From assembly GCA_030141605.1 (NCBI GenBank), contig JAQGDQ010000347.1:188130-252129 (forward strand): a stretch of DNA of 64,000 nt, given 5' to 3'. Position numbers and translations under genes: made by a program. Of this stretch, positions 19,512 through 28,938 are shown piece after piece (the stretch's first letter is position 1; every line of letters begins with the position of its first letter). This stretch comes from Tubiluchus corallicola. Lineage: Eukaryota > Animalia > Priapulida. The notes beneath the pieces were generated by a model. It did no database searches, was not told where the DNA came from, and worked only from the letters and a program-made list of their open reading frames with translations.

Positions 19512-20873
19512 TTACTCCTTTAGCAGAGCTTTCATTTCCGCGCAAACATTCTGATAGGCCTCGTCTTCCGCTAAATTATGATACTCCATGGGGTCCTGCT
19601 TCTGGTCATATAGTTCTACAGCTACGCTGTCGCCCCATTCAGTGTATCGCCATTTTTTATTCTTAACCGTTTTTCCAAGCAATGACCCACGCCCAACAAT
19701 AGCTCTGACTTCGGACCTAAATGGTTTAGATGGCTCATCAATAATATCTGCAAAACTTAATCCTTCCAAATATTCTGGCACAGATTGCAGATTACACAGT
19801 TCAGCCAGCGTTGGATAAATATCAATAAATTCGATCATCGCATTGGTTTCCACACCTTTGTTTTTTAACCAGCTGGCCGAAACAATAAACGGTGCGCGCG
19901 TGCCTCTTTCATAAACCGTGACCTTATTCCACCAATTATGTTCTCCAAGATGATATCCGTGATCTCCGAATAAAACAATCAAAGTATTGTCTAGTTGATC
20001 GGTTTCTTCCAAAGCTCTGAGCACTTTACCAACCTGAGCATCCATAAAACTGGTACAGGCATAATAAGATCTTAAAAACTCACGTTTGTCATTATCCGTA
20101 AATTGCTCGAAAATTGAAATTTCCCGAGGTAAGGTAAATTTGCTTGGGGCTTTCCAACCTGCAGGCAATTCAGGTGGTGTACACTTCTCCAATGGGTAAA
20201 GATCAAAATACTCCTTGGGAGCAACAAACGGATCGTGAGGCTTCGCTAATCCCAGTGCCAGAAAGAACGGCTTATCATGTACCCTTTTAATAATATCAAC
20301 TGCCTGGTTTGCACTTTGACCATCTTCCTGATCTTCGTCAGCTCCTTCCGCAGCCCGCCCAAAGCACCACGACAACTGTCCATTGCTCATATTACGGGTT
20401 TCGCCTTGGGTTCCCAGCTCTGTCTCTGAAAACTTATAGACTTCATCCCATGCTTTCTCATCCAGGTGACCCGGGTCATTCTTATGAAAAATCTTTCCAA
20501 TGCTATAGGTCGAATAACCATTTTCTTTGAATAAATATGGCAATGTTACCCGATCGCCCAACTCCTGAAGTAAGGGCTTGTTATTGTCAAGTATATTTAT
20601 GGTTTGGGGCTTCAAGCCTGTTAAAAAAGAGCTCCTGCTCGGCCCACACACTGCATAGTTACAGTAAGCATTATTAAAACGGACCCCATTGGCTGCCAGC
20701 TTATCAACATTGGGCGATTTCACTAAAGGGTGACCATAACAACCAAGGCTAGTATTTAAATCATCAACCACAATAAAGAGTACATTTTTGGGTGATGTTT
20801 CATTCTTTTGGGTTGACGAGGTGCAGCTAAATAATGCTCCCAACACCACCATCAAAAATAGATTCCTAATCAT
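19512..20873 (-). CDS. S1 sulfatase (iduronate-2-sulfatase/choline-sulfatase-like), lipoprotein
   Basis: NVLFIVVDDL, Cys-type CGPSRSSFLTG, GKIFH, KPHDP, GDHGYHLGEH; lipobox LFSC. ATG at 20873 preferred over 20915. Confidence 0.92.
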   Translation of the reverse strand: MIRNLFLMVVLGALFSCTSSTQKNETSPKNVLFIVVDDLNTSLGCYGHPLVKSPNVDKLAANGVRFNNAYCNYAVCGPSRSSFLTGLKPQTINILDNNKPLLQELGDRVTLPYLFKENGYSTYSIGKIFHKNDPGHLDEKAWDEVYKFSETELGTQGETRNMSNGQLSWCFGRAAEGADEDQEDGQSANQAVDIIKRVHDKPFFLALGLAKPHDPFVAPKEYFDLYPLEKCTPPELPAGWKAPSKFTLPREISIFEQFTDNDKREFLRSYYACTSFMDAQVGKVLRALEETDQLDNTLIVLFGDHGYHLGEHNWWNKVTVYERGTRAPFIVSASWLKNKGVETNAMIEFIDIYPTLAELCNLQSVPEYLEGLSFADIIDEPSKPFRSEVRAIVGRGSLLGKTVKNKKWRYTEWGDSVAVELYDQKQDPMEYHNLAEDEAYQNVCAEMKALLKE

Positions 20874-21101
20874 TATTTCTTTTCTTGAGTTTACTATTAC
20901 ATTCTTTTTTCTCATAAAGACATTTTTTAATATGGCTTTATGAATTAGACTTTCAAATGAAATACTTTGATCCTAACAAATAGTTAATATCGCATTAATA
21001 AGATTAATACCTTCTGAACAACAATAGCAGAAATTGCTGATGCATCTTAATACCATGAAAGTTATGCAATAACTTAATTACAAGGTTTCTCTTAATTTCC
21101 T

Positions 21102-21962
21102 TTAATATTTTACTACCTCACTTTTCTTTTTATCAGTGAGTTCTGCAGGCACGAAATGGTGAACTATAGTATCAGTGGAAACTTGCCATAGTCTAAATCC
21201 CAATGGGCGTTCGTCAAAATTCTTACTGGTTGTTTCACTACTGACCATTTGAATGTCTGTATAACTGTTAACCATTAATTCATGTAAATGACCTGATAAG
21301 TAGGCTTTAACGTTGTTTTCACCAAACAGAGTTAACAACTCTTTCCTTTTCGTTGCAGGTATATTGAAGTAATGCTCCTTTTCATAGGGAGATTTTGTAA
21401 ACAATGGATAATGGCCAATAACAAATACCGGCAAATGATTCGTATTTTGTTTTTTAAGCGTTTCTTTAAACCAATGATTGTGTTCTACCGATTCATTACC
21501 AACATTATACTTCCATAATTGAGTGTTTGTAATAATAAACGAATAGCCTTTATGCTCGAATTCAAAATAATCATTTCCAAAGTTTCTTCGGTAATAATTT
21601 AATGTCGAATCATTTGGAACATTACCTATATCATGATTCCCTGGCGCTAAATAACAGGGAATCTTACATCCTTTTAATATGTTTTTAAAATCAGCAAAAG
21701 AACTGTCATTCGCATTATGAACAAGGTCACCACAAACTATCACAAAATCCGCATCCAGATCATTTATCTGCTTCACGGCCTGTTTGAATGTTTGTAAATC
21801 GTGCTCATAACCTCCCATTCCCAATTGAGGGTCGCATAGTTGTATAAAAGAGAATGGCTGTTGCTTGCTTTGTGCACAGGAAGTACAATAAACGATCAGA
21901 ACAAATTTTATAAAATTACGGAAGCGTAAAATACTATGTCTTTTAACTGCTATCTCACTCAT
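21102..21962 (-). CDS. Calcineurin-like metallophosphoesterase (CPPED1-like)
   Basis: Metal-binding motifs DPQLG, GDLV, GNHD, GHYP, GHLH. Confidence 0.88.
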   Translation of the reverse strand: MSEIAVKRHSILRFRNFIKFVLIVYCTSCAQSKQQPFSFIQLCDPQLGMGGYEHDLQTFKQAVKQINDLDADFVIVCGDLVHNANDSSFADFKNILKGCKIPCYLAPGNHDIGNVPNDSTLNYYRRNFGNDYFEFEHKGYSFIITNTQLWKYNVGNESVEHNHWFKETLKKQNTNHLPVFVIGHYPLFTKSPYEKEHYFNIPATKRKELLTLFGENNVKAYLSGHLHELMVNSYTDIQMVSSETTSKNFDERPLGFRLWQVSTDTIVHHFVPAELTDKKKSEVVKY

Positions 21963-22042
21963 CTTGTCAATTTCTTATGCAATTCATTAGGTTCATGCTT
22001 GGATTATAGTTCGATATATATTCGAAAAGTGAATGTATAACT

Positions 22043-24394
22043 TTATTGAACCACAAATTTTGAAGAGGCATATACCTTTTTTGAGGTAACTTTTATCAAA
22101 TAAACAGTTCCTGCTTCTAAAGCTGGCACATGAATACCTAATCTATCCCTGTGTAGTGATCTTTTCTTAAATACAGGTCGACCTTCCATGTCAAAAACAC
22201 TTATGTCAATCTCGCAACCTTCTCTGAAACCGTTTAGAATTAGATTTATATTATCATTCACAACTGGATTAGGCACCACTTTTATGTTTCCCTTTTCCAA
22301 ACCGGTTTTAATGACATCCAGACCCGTTTTATTTTTATCACCCAACCATATAGCATCTATTTTTGATTCAACATTGCCAGTTTTCTTACTATACAGTCTA
22401 AACCAATTAATAGCTTTTAAATCGGGAGCTCCTAGCTTATTAGCATTCGAAATATCCAGACTTATAAAATTCCATCCTTCACTTAATTCAGGCAGTGGCC
22501 AGTTGTATTCATCTACATCAGGTTTTCCGGCACTACCAAGCTCTACCTGATTATTAGTCCCCACCATTGAAGGATCAGAAATATAATACCAGAACTCAAG
22601 GAGTCCGTTGTCCGGCATTGCTTCAGATACAATTGGTTCAGAAAACACTTTTTTAAATTCATCCGTTGTGCTGCCTGAAAAATTTATACAACCCAAGCCT
22701 TGCTTTTGTGATTCGGCATCCATCACAAGCGATTGGGAAGACTTCCAACCCATTAACTCATCGCAATCATCCAAATAACTCAGAGCTTGTCCTAGTACTA
22801 ACTGAATAGCTTCTGTTTTCTGACCAAACCATTCTTCACCAACTTGCTTCATTTGCCATTGCAGAGTATAAACACCATCTGTTTCCGGCATTGTAATGTC
22901 AAAATAAAACCTCTTAGTATCTCCTGGCAGAACCACCTCTCCTTCTGACATTTCCACTTGCTTGAATTTATGAAGTCGTTCGTTACCTGAGCACATAAGC
23001 AGTTGACTGTTAGCTGCCTTTGACCATGAGCTTGTGCCCGTATTACGCATCACGATATTCACATTAACGGTTTCTCCCTTACCTGCTTCCGGCAAATCAA
23101 ACGAAACCACTTCAGCGTTGTTACCTGTTGGCCTGCCGCCATTCAGAAGGTCCCTTTGTGAAACACTATAGTAATGAATCGACTGTTTGGCAGCTAACCA
23201 TTCCAATAATGAACTTCTCAGGTCTTCGGCCTTTGCTATATAAGCCGAACGATTGGGATTATTTCCGAGTAAGTTCGTCATCTCGTATGGATCAGAATTC
23301 AGATCATACATGGCATTAATGACATTTGACTGAATCGTATAGGGTATAATCAGCTTAAAGCCATCTTTCACTATCATGTAATTCGAAGTATTATCCATAT
23401 CCCATTCTGTCACCACATAATTTCCATGTTCATTATCAGTTCCCTCTATCAATCCCCGCAAACTTTTTCCATCCGATTCCGCTTGAGGCATATTCAAGTA
23501 ATCGAGTATGGTTGGAAATACGTCAATAAGCGATACATACTTATCAACTGTGGCCTCCTGCTGTATATCACCCGGAGCACTTATAAATAGAGGCACATGA
23601 GCTGATTCTTCCAAAAAGATATTCTTTTCGCGCATGCCATGAGCCCCCAGCATTTCACCGTGGTCACTCATAAACACAATCATGGTCTTTTCTGCAATTC
23701 CTAATTCATCCAGCTTATCAAGAATCTTACCCACCCAGTCATCTATCTCTGTGATAATCCCATAATACTCAGCAATCATGTATCGTATTTTATCGGGGTC
23801 GGCATACTCTGTTCGTTTGTTGCGCCCATTGGCATTGGCATAGGGTGAGTTCTCTATGGGATCATTAAGGCTGACAGGTAAAGGCATTTCATCAACCGGA
23901 TACATGCTGTAATAGGGTTCAGGAACAGTCATTGGTGCATGTGGAAAATGAAATGAACAAGTAATACTAAAGGTTTTATCCTTTAAGCGTTCGATGGCTT
24001 CAATGGCTTGTTTAGCCTGAAAAGCAGTCATTGTATGTTGTTTATCCAGCAAGAGTTCACCGTGCTGATCAGGCTGTGAATGTTTCAGACCATTTGACTG
24101 TAGCTCCTCCCAACTCATACCATAATACCTATCCAAGGGATTAGCCACATATGGATACTTTGACATACCATCGATAAATTGACCACTTGCAGGCCCGGGG
24201 ATTGTTCTTAAGGTAGCCAGATAATCGCGCCAGATAAAGGCTTGCCCACCCGGTCCAAAAACTGATTTATCACCTGAAGCCATTGCTACCGGGTTTTGAT
24301 ATATTTCCGCACAGGAACTCAAAGCGTGCCACTTGCCGTAATACTCGCAATGATAGCCATTCTCCGACAAGATTTCATCAAAGGTTGGCATGGT
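22043..24394 (-). pseudogene. 5'-truncated multidomain sulfatase (sulfatase remainder, NBR1-like Ig domain, beta-sandwich domain, T9SS C-terminal sorting domain)
   Basis: ORF starts mid-domain (MPTFDEIL...YYGKWH) and keeps PHAP and SDHGEMLG, but lacks a signal peptide and the CxPxR motif. An IS end begins at 24395. C-terminus VPNPV...FDMEGR...YLIKV...KFVVQ is a T9SS CTD. Confidence 0.8.
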
Positions 24395-24540
24395 TGTTTA
24401 ACTTCAAAACTAAATGGTCAAATTAGAGCCTAAAGTTAAGAGATAGTTTTGTAATTCAAACTCTCCCTAAGTTGATGATAATTATTTACTATTTCCCTGT
24501 TGGGACCTCAGAAAGTTTTCAATAATATTACACAGTGATT
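24395..24540 (-). mobile_element. Orphan right end of a related IS3-family element
   Basis: About 140 bp homologous to the reverse complement of 25957-26096, with identical blocks TGTTTAACTTCAAAACT and TAAAGTTAAGAGATAGTTTT. Confidence 0.75.
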
Positions 24541-24625
24541 TGTAAATCTTCAGCTTAATTCGGACAAATTGGTTTAAAAATTAAGAGAGACATTTCTTAA
24601 ATTATAACCAATAAAAACGAGTAAG

Positions 24626-24976
24626 ATGAAGGCAAAAAAACAGACTACCGAACAAAAGGTAAAAGAGATTAAGAGACACACGAGGAAGAAGTATTCAGCT
24701 GAAGAAAAAATCAGGATTTTACTAGAGGGCATGCGTGGCGAATATAGCATTGCCGAGTTATGCCGAAAAGAAGGCATCAACGCGAACCTTTATTACAAGT
24801 GGAGTAAAGATTTTATGGAAGCTGGCAAAAAACGCCTTGCAGGTGACATTAAACGGGAAGCTACATCGGGCGAAGTAAACGGTTTAAAGAACGAGAACCA
24901 CGACCTAAAGCAGTTTGTAGCAGAGCTGAGTTTGGAAGTACGCATGCTTAAAAAAAGCTTAACTGGAACCGAGTAA
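24626..24976 (+). CDS. IS3-family transposase OrfA (HTH)
   Basis: RKKYSAEEKIRILLEG...SIAELCRKEGI...YYKWSKDFMEAGKKRL and a C-terminal zipper-like segment. Confidence 0.88.
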   Translation: MKAKKQTTEQKVKEIKRHTRKKYSAEEKIRILLEGMRGEYSIAELCRKEGINANLYYKWSKDFMEAGKKRLAGDIKREATSGEVNGLKNENHDLKQFVAELSLEVRMLKKSLTGTE

Positions 24977-24987
24977 CTTATAAATAT

Positions 24988-25955
24988 ATGAGACGAAGCG
25001 CCAGTGAAAAGATGGAAATTATCCGTATTGTTCAAGATTCGGTATTCGGAGTTAAGCGCACACTTGAAGAGCTTGACATCAGCCGAAGTACCTTTTACGA
25101 GTGGTACAAACGCTTCCTTGAGGGAGGATATGATGCACTCAAGCCCAAGCCGGTAAAACGCAAAAAGTTCTGGGACAAGATATCCAACAAAGAACGAGAA
25201 CTGGTTTTAGACACCGCTTTGTAACGTACAGACTTATCGCCTAGGGAACTAGCCCACCACATCACCGACCATCAAAAGTGGTTTGTCAGCGAATCCAGCG
25301 TATATCGGATTCTCAAAGAGCAAGTGCTAATCACATCTCCTGCGTGGATTTTAATGGCTGCATCCGATGAGTTTAAAGATAAGACCACGCGTGTGCACCA
25401 GCAATGGCAAACCGATTTTACCTACTTTAAAATCATTGGATGGGGCTGGTATTGGCTACCGTAATGGACGATTATTCAAGGTATATCGTCACCTGGGAGC
25501 TTTGCCAAAGCATGGAGTCGGCCGATGCCAAGCATGTTATTCAAAAGGCTTTACATACGGCCAAAATACCTGCAGACGATTGTCCCAGGTTACTCTCCGA
25601 TAATGGAGCGTGCTACATATCAAACGAGTTTCAAAGCTTTTTAAAAGATACCAAAATGGGACATTTACGTGGAGCCCCATACCACCCTCAAACATAAGGG
25701 AAAATTGAGCGTTACCACCGCACCATGAAAAATCAGGTAAAGTTGGATAACTACTACTTTCCTGATGAACTAATGACGGTTCTACAGGAGTTTGTATATA
25801 ATTACAACAACCACCGGTATCATGAATCACTCAAGAATGTTACACCTGCCGACGTGTATTTTGGAAGGCAAAAACAGTTACTGGGCAATCGTGAAAACAT
25901 TAAAATAAAAACGCTAAATGAAAGAAGAAAAAGGAATCAGAAAATCGCAGTGTAG
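24988..25955 (+). pseudogene. IS3-family transposase OrfB (rve/DDE), disrupted
   Basis: Fragments WQTDFTY, DDYSRYIV, LLSDNG, PYHPQT*GKIER, YNNHRYHESL. Premature stops at 25222-25224 and 25695-25697 and a frameshift near 25450. Confidence 0.85.
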
Positions 25956-26096
25956 CACTTTTGATTTATTGAAAACTCTGCGAGTTTCCAACAAGTCAAC
26001 AGTGAATTATCATCACCATAAAAAAGAGAATTTGAATTATAAAACTATCTCTTAACTTTAAGCATCAATTTGTCCAATAAGTTTTGAAGTTAAACA

Positions 26097-26220
26097 CTCT
26101 AGACAAATTTATAATGCTTACATGTGTATATATTTCTGCAGTTTTATTGGAACTACATCCAAACAACTGCTGTATAAAGCGAAGGTTAGTCCCACTATCT
26201 GACAGGTGTACTGTAAATAA
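26097..26220 (-). pseudogene. Tyrosine recombinase/integrase C-terminal remnant
   Basis: HLSDSGTNLRFIQQLFGCSSNKTAEIYTHVS is a degenerate match to the HLLExGxDLRxIQELLGHSSxKTTEIYTHVS box; cut at its 3' end by the IS3 right end. Confidence 0.75.
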
Positions 26221-26255
26221 GTTGTATAATCCGGATGCTGAGGCTTTGTCCATAA

Positions 26256-26290
26256 AAAAACTCACAATATGTTTGATATTGTGAGTTTTT
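26256..26290. terminator. Intrinsic terminator downstream of tRNA-Arg
   Basis: AAAAACTCACAATAT-gtttg-ATATTGTGAGTTTTT, a perfect stem with A/T tracts on both sides. Confidence 0.75.
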
Positions 26291-26315
26291 GAGACAAAAT
26301 ATCTTAATTTGTCAG

Positions 26316-26388
26316 TGATCCCGGGAGGACTCGAACCCCCACCCCAGGAACCGGAATCCTGAGTTCTATCCGGTTAAACTACGGGACC
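26316..26388 (-). tRNA. tRNA-Arg (anticodon CCG)
   Basis: Reverse complement GGTCCCGTAGTTTAACCGGATAGAACTCAGGATTCCGGTTCCTGGGGTGGGGGTTCGAGTCCTCCCGGGATCA folds as a cloverleaf; anticodon stem CAGGA/TCCTG with loop TTCCGGT; T-loop GTTCGAG; CCA not encoded. Confidence 0.95.
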
Positions 26389-26479
26389 AGGCTTTTGCGC
26401 TCTAAAATCAGCAATATTATCAAACAAGCATATCCGTAAGTTTCTCTATCAATCCTGAGCTATAGCTTTAGAAAAGCAA

Positions 26480-26487
26480 CAAAGATA
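26480..26487 (-). promoter_or_regulatory. Bacteroidota -7 promoter box for the tRNA
   Basis: TATCTTTG on the minus strand about 90 bp upstream of the tRNA. Confidence 0.5.
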
Positions 26488-26656
26488 ACTTTCAATCCTC
26501 TTTTAGACAAGATAAATCTGTCTATCGATTAAAATTATCTTATTATTAGTAGTATATAGTAGCAATGTGTATAAACCTGAAAACAATAATTCAATAAAAT
26601 TACTATGCTTTTAACACAATTTAATATAAGAGAAATTAGGCAGATAGGAAAATTAC

Positions 26657-26664
26657 TATCTTTG
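26657..26664 (+). promoter_or_regulatory. Bacteroidota -7 promoter box for the protease gene
   Basis: TATCTTTG (TAnnTTTG consensus) about 50 bp upstream of the ATG at 26712. Confidence 0.55.
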
Positions 26665-26711
26665 CCTAACTCAAACTTTAAATTGAGTTTTTTGTACGAA
26701 AAAATCTATTA

Positions 26712-28928
26712 ATGTCTTTTGACTTTACCACCAACATAAAGGTAAATTTTATAGTAGCAGTAGTATCATTTTCTTTTCTAACCTCTCAAAAATGCATTGG
26801 GCAGATATCGTATTATGGTATGCCGGCATCGTTCAGTACATTTAAAATACATGAGGAGGATGTCCCATTTGTTGAGATGGAGCCAGTAGTGAATGAAGAA
26901 CTTCAAATGAGAAACAGACAAAGTTCTCCAACCAGGAAGCCGTTCCTGTTTGCAAAAAAATTTGATGTTAACATTACCCCCGAGAACTCCGGGATTTGGG
27001 ATGAAGCTATCGATGGCACAAAAATCTGGAGGGTAGGTATCCGTTCTAAAGGAGCATTCTCCCTAAATCTGATATTTGACCGCTACAAGTTACCCGACAG
27101 GGCTCAACTATTTATCTATTCACCTGACAGAGAAAATCTGCTGGGTGCTTTTAATTGCAATAATGAAAACAGCTCAGGTGTATTTGCAGTAAGGCCTGTA
27201 CCGGGTGATGAGCTGATAGTAGAGTATAATGAACCTGATGATGTAGCGTATAAGGGTGCAGTACGCATATCAAAAGTCAATCATGACTATATGAACCTGT
27301 TTTCTTACAAAGCTGATACATCAGACGACTGTAATGTTGGCGTATATTGTATTGAAGATGAAAATATTGAAAAGCAGAAGCAATCGGTAGTAAAGCTTAT
27401 TATTGAAGGTAGAAAGTCATGCTCAGGCACTATGATAAACAACTCCAACAATAGCAAGGATCCATACCTGCTGACTGCAGCACACTGTGTAGAAAATGAA
27501 GCTGAAGCTGCAGAGACAGTCGTATTCTTTAATTATGAGGGATTCAGTTGCGTAAATAGTGGTAAGGAGTATGTAATACCTATTGAGCAAACTATCTCCG
27601 GCTCAACGGTGACGGCTTTATCCGAATCTCTGGACTTTACATTACTGAAACTCAACAATAATCCTCCTCCTGAGTATCATCCTCTATATTCCGGGTGGAA
27701 CAGGACGGAGTCTCCTGCTCCATCTTCAGCAGCAAGTATTCATCACCCTGCAGGAGATGTGAAAAAAATAGCTTTGACTAATACTCCACTTACAATATCC
27801 TCCTATGGACCTGTATTTACTAGTCACGCTTTCTGGCGAGTTAGCAGATGGGATAAAGGTGTTACAGAGAAAGGGTCATCAGGCGGCCCTCTGTTCAATA
27901 ATAAAGGTGAACTAATTGGTACACTTACCGGAGGGGCAGCAGATTGCACAACTCCCGAAAATGATTTTTTCTCTATGTTTAGTAAGCAGTGGGACTACTA
28001 TGACACTTCCGACTCTCATCTCAAGTCGTGGCTTGATCCGGGAGGAAAGAATGTAAGCTCAATACCTTCACTGACTCCGTATGACGACTCGGAGGAGTGT
28101 GAGCTGCTTACAAATTTTATATATAACAGGGAGTATACCATTGAGAATGTTCCTGCAGAAGCAGGAAAAGGGTACCTGACAGGAAAAAACAGCCTGATGC
28201 CAAATGCTTTTGCTGAACGGTTTAGCGATATAAGTGAGGCAGTAATACATGCAGTATCACTGGCTTACAGCAGGCCGCAAACTGGCTTGCTGGGAGAGGA
28301 GTTTGTAATCAAGCTATACGGGATAGATGAGGATGGAAAGCTTCCCGATAATGAATTGGCCTCCTACCAAGTAAAGGCAAGTTCACTGGACAGGAATGGG
28401 GTATTATATGCTGAGTTTGATACTCCCGTAAAGGTTACCAGTGACTTTTTTATAGGGTATGAGATTGATGATGCACAACAGTATGAAGTTGCTGCATATC
28501 ATGTACCTATAAAAGACAATATTCTCAATAGTACATATATAAATGTGGGAGGTACGTGGAGCCAGCTCCCAGATGTTACAGAAGGGCATAACACAAGTAC
28601 TTCGCTGCTAATTAAAGCCCACGTTTGTGGCGCGTTGTTGGAAAATTGGGGAAGCTCATCTGAAAAAGAGAGGCAGTTTGAAATCTATTCCCCAGACATG
28701 TTCTCAAATCAGATATGTATAAAAAACACAGGTGAATCAACCGATGCTGAAGTATCCGTATTTAACCTTACCGGACAAAAAATGTATGAAAGCAATCTCT
28801 ATCTGGTTAGTTATGAACCTAAATGCATACATATAGCATCTGGCCGTAATTCAGGTGTCTATTTTGTTGCTGTTAAAACAGAAGATACAAGAGAGGTGAT
28901 GAAGGTCATTGTATTTGGCAGAAAATAG
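26712..28928 (+). CDS. Trypsin-like (S1, lysyl-endopeptidase-like) serine protease with T9SS C-terminal domain
   Basis: Catalytic triad motifs LLTAAHC, DFTLL, GSSGGPL; HHPAGDVKK; pro-region; CTD VFNLTGQ...GVYFVAV...KVIV. Confidence 0.85.
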   Translation: MSFDFTTNIKVNFIVAVVSFSFLTSQKCIGQISYYGMPASFSTFKIHEEDVPFVEMEPVVNEELQMRNRQSSPTRKPFLFAKKFDVNITPENSGIWDEAIDGTKIWRVGIRSKGAFSLNLIFDRYKLPDRAQLFIYSPDRENLLGAFNCNNENSSGVFAVRPVPGDELIVEYNEPDDVAYKGAVRISKVNHDYMNLFSYKADTSDDCNVGVYCIEDENIEKQKQSVVKLIIEGRKSCSGTMINNSNNSKDPYLLTAAHCVENEAEAAETVVFFNYEGFSCVNSGKEYVIPIEQTISGSTVTALSESLDFTLLKLNNNPPPEYHPLYSGWNRTESPAPSSAASIHHPAGDVKKIALTNTPLTISSYGPVFTSHAFWRVSRWDKGVTEKGSSGGPLFNNKGELIGTLTGGAADCTTPENDFFSMFSKQWDYYDTSDSHLKSWLDPGGKNVSSIPSLTPYDDSEECELLTNFIYNREYTIENVPAEAGKGYLTGKNSLMPNAFAERFSDISEAVIHAVSLAYSRPQTGLLGEEFVIKLYGIDEDGKLPDNELASYQVKASSLDRNGVLYAEFDTPVKVTSDFFIGYEIDDAQQYEVAAYHVPIKDNILNSTYINVGGTWSQLPDVTEGHNTSTSLLIKAHVCGALLENWGSSSEKERQFEIYSPDMFSNQICIKNTGESTDAEVSVFNLTGQKMYESNLYLVSYEPKCIHIASGRNSGVYFVAVKTEDTREVMKVIVFGRK

Positions 28929-28938
28929 AGGCTGTCCA

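Larger units (their letters stand above)
24541..26096 (+). mobile_element. IS3-family insertion sequence (decayed)
   Basis: TGT...ACA termini with imperfect inverted repeats (shared CTTCA, GGACAAATTG, TTAAGAGA); orfA plus broken orfB; no target-site duplication. Confidence 0.85.

Noticed and set aside
26065-26265. Integron (the integrase box resembles IntI/XerD C-termini)
   Set aside because: Only about 40 degenerate codons remain, and no attC-like repeats or cassette array were seen.
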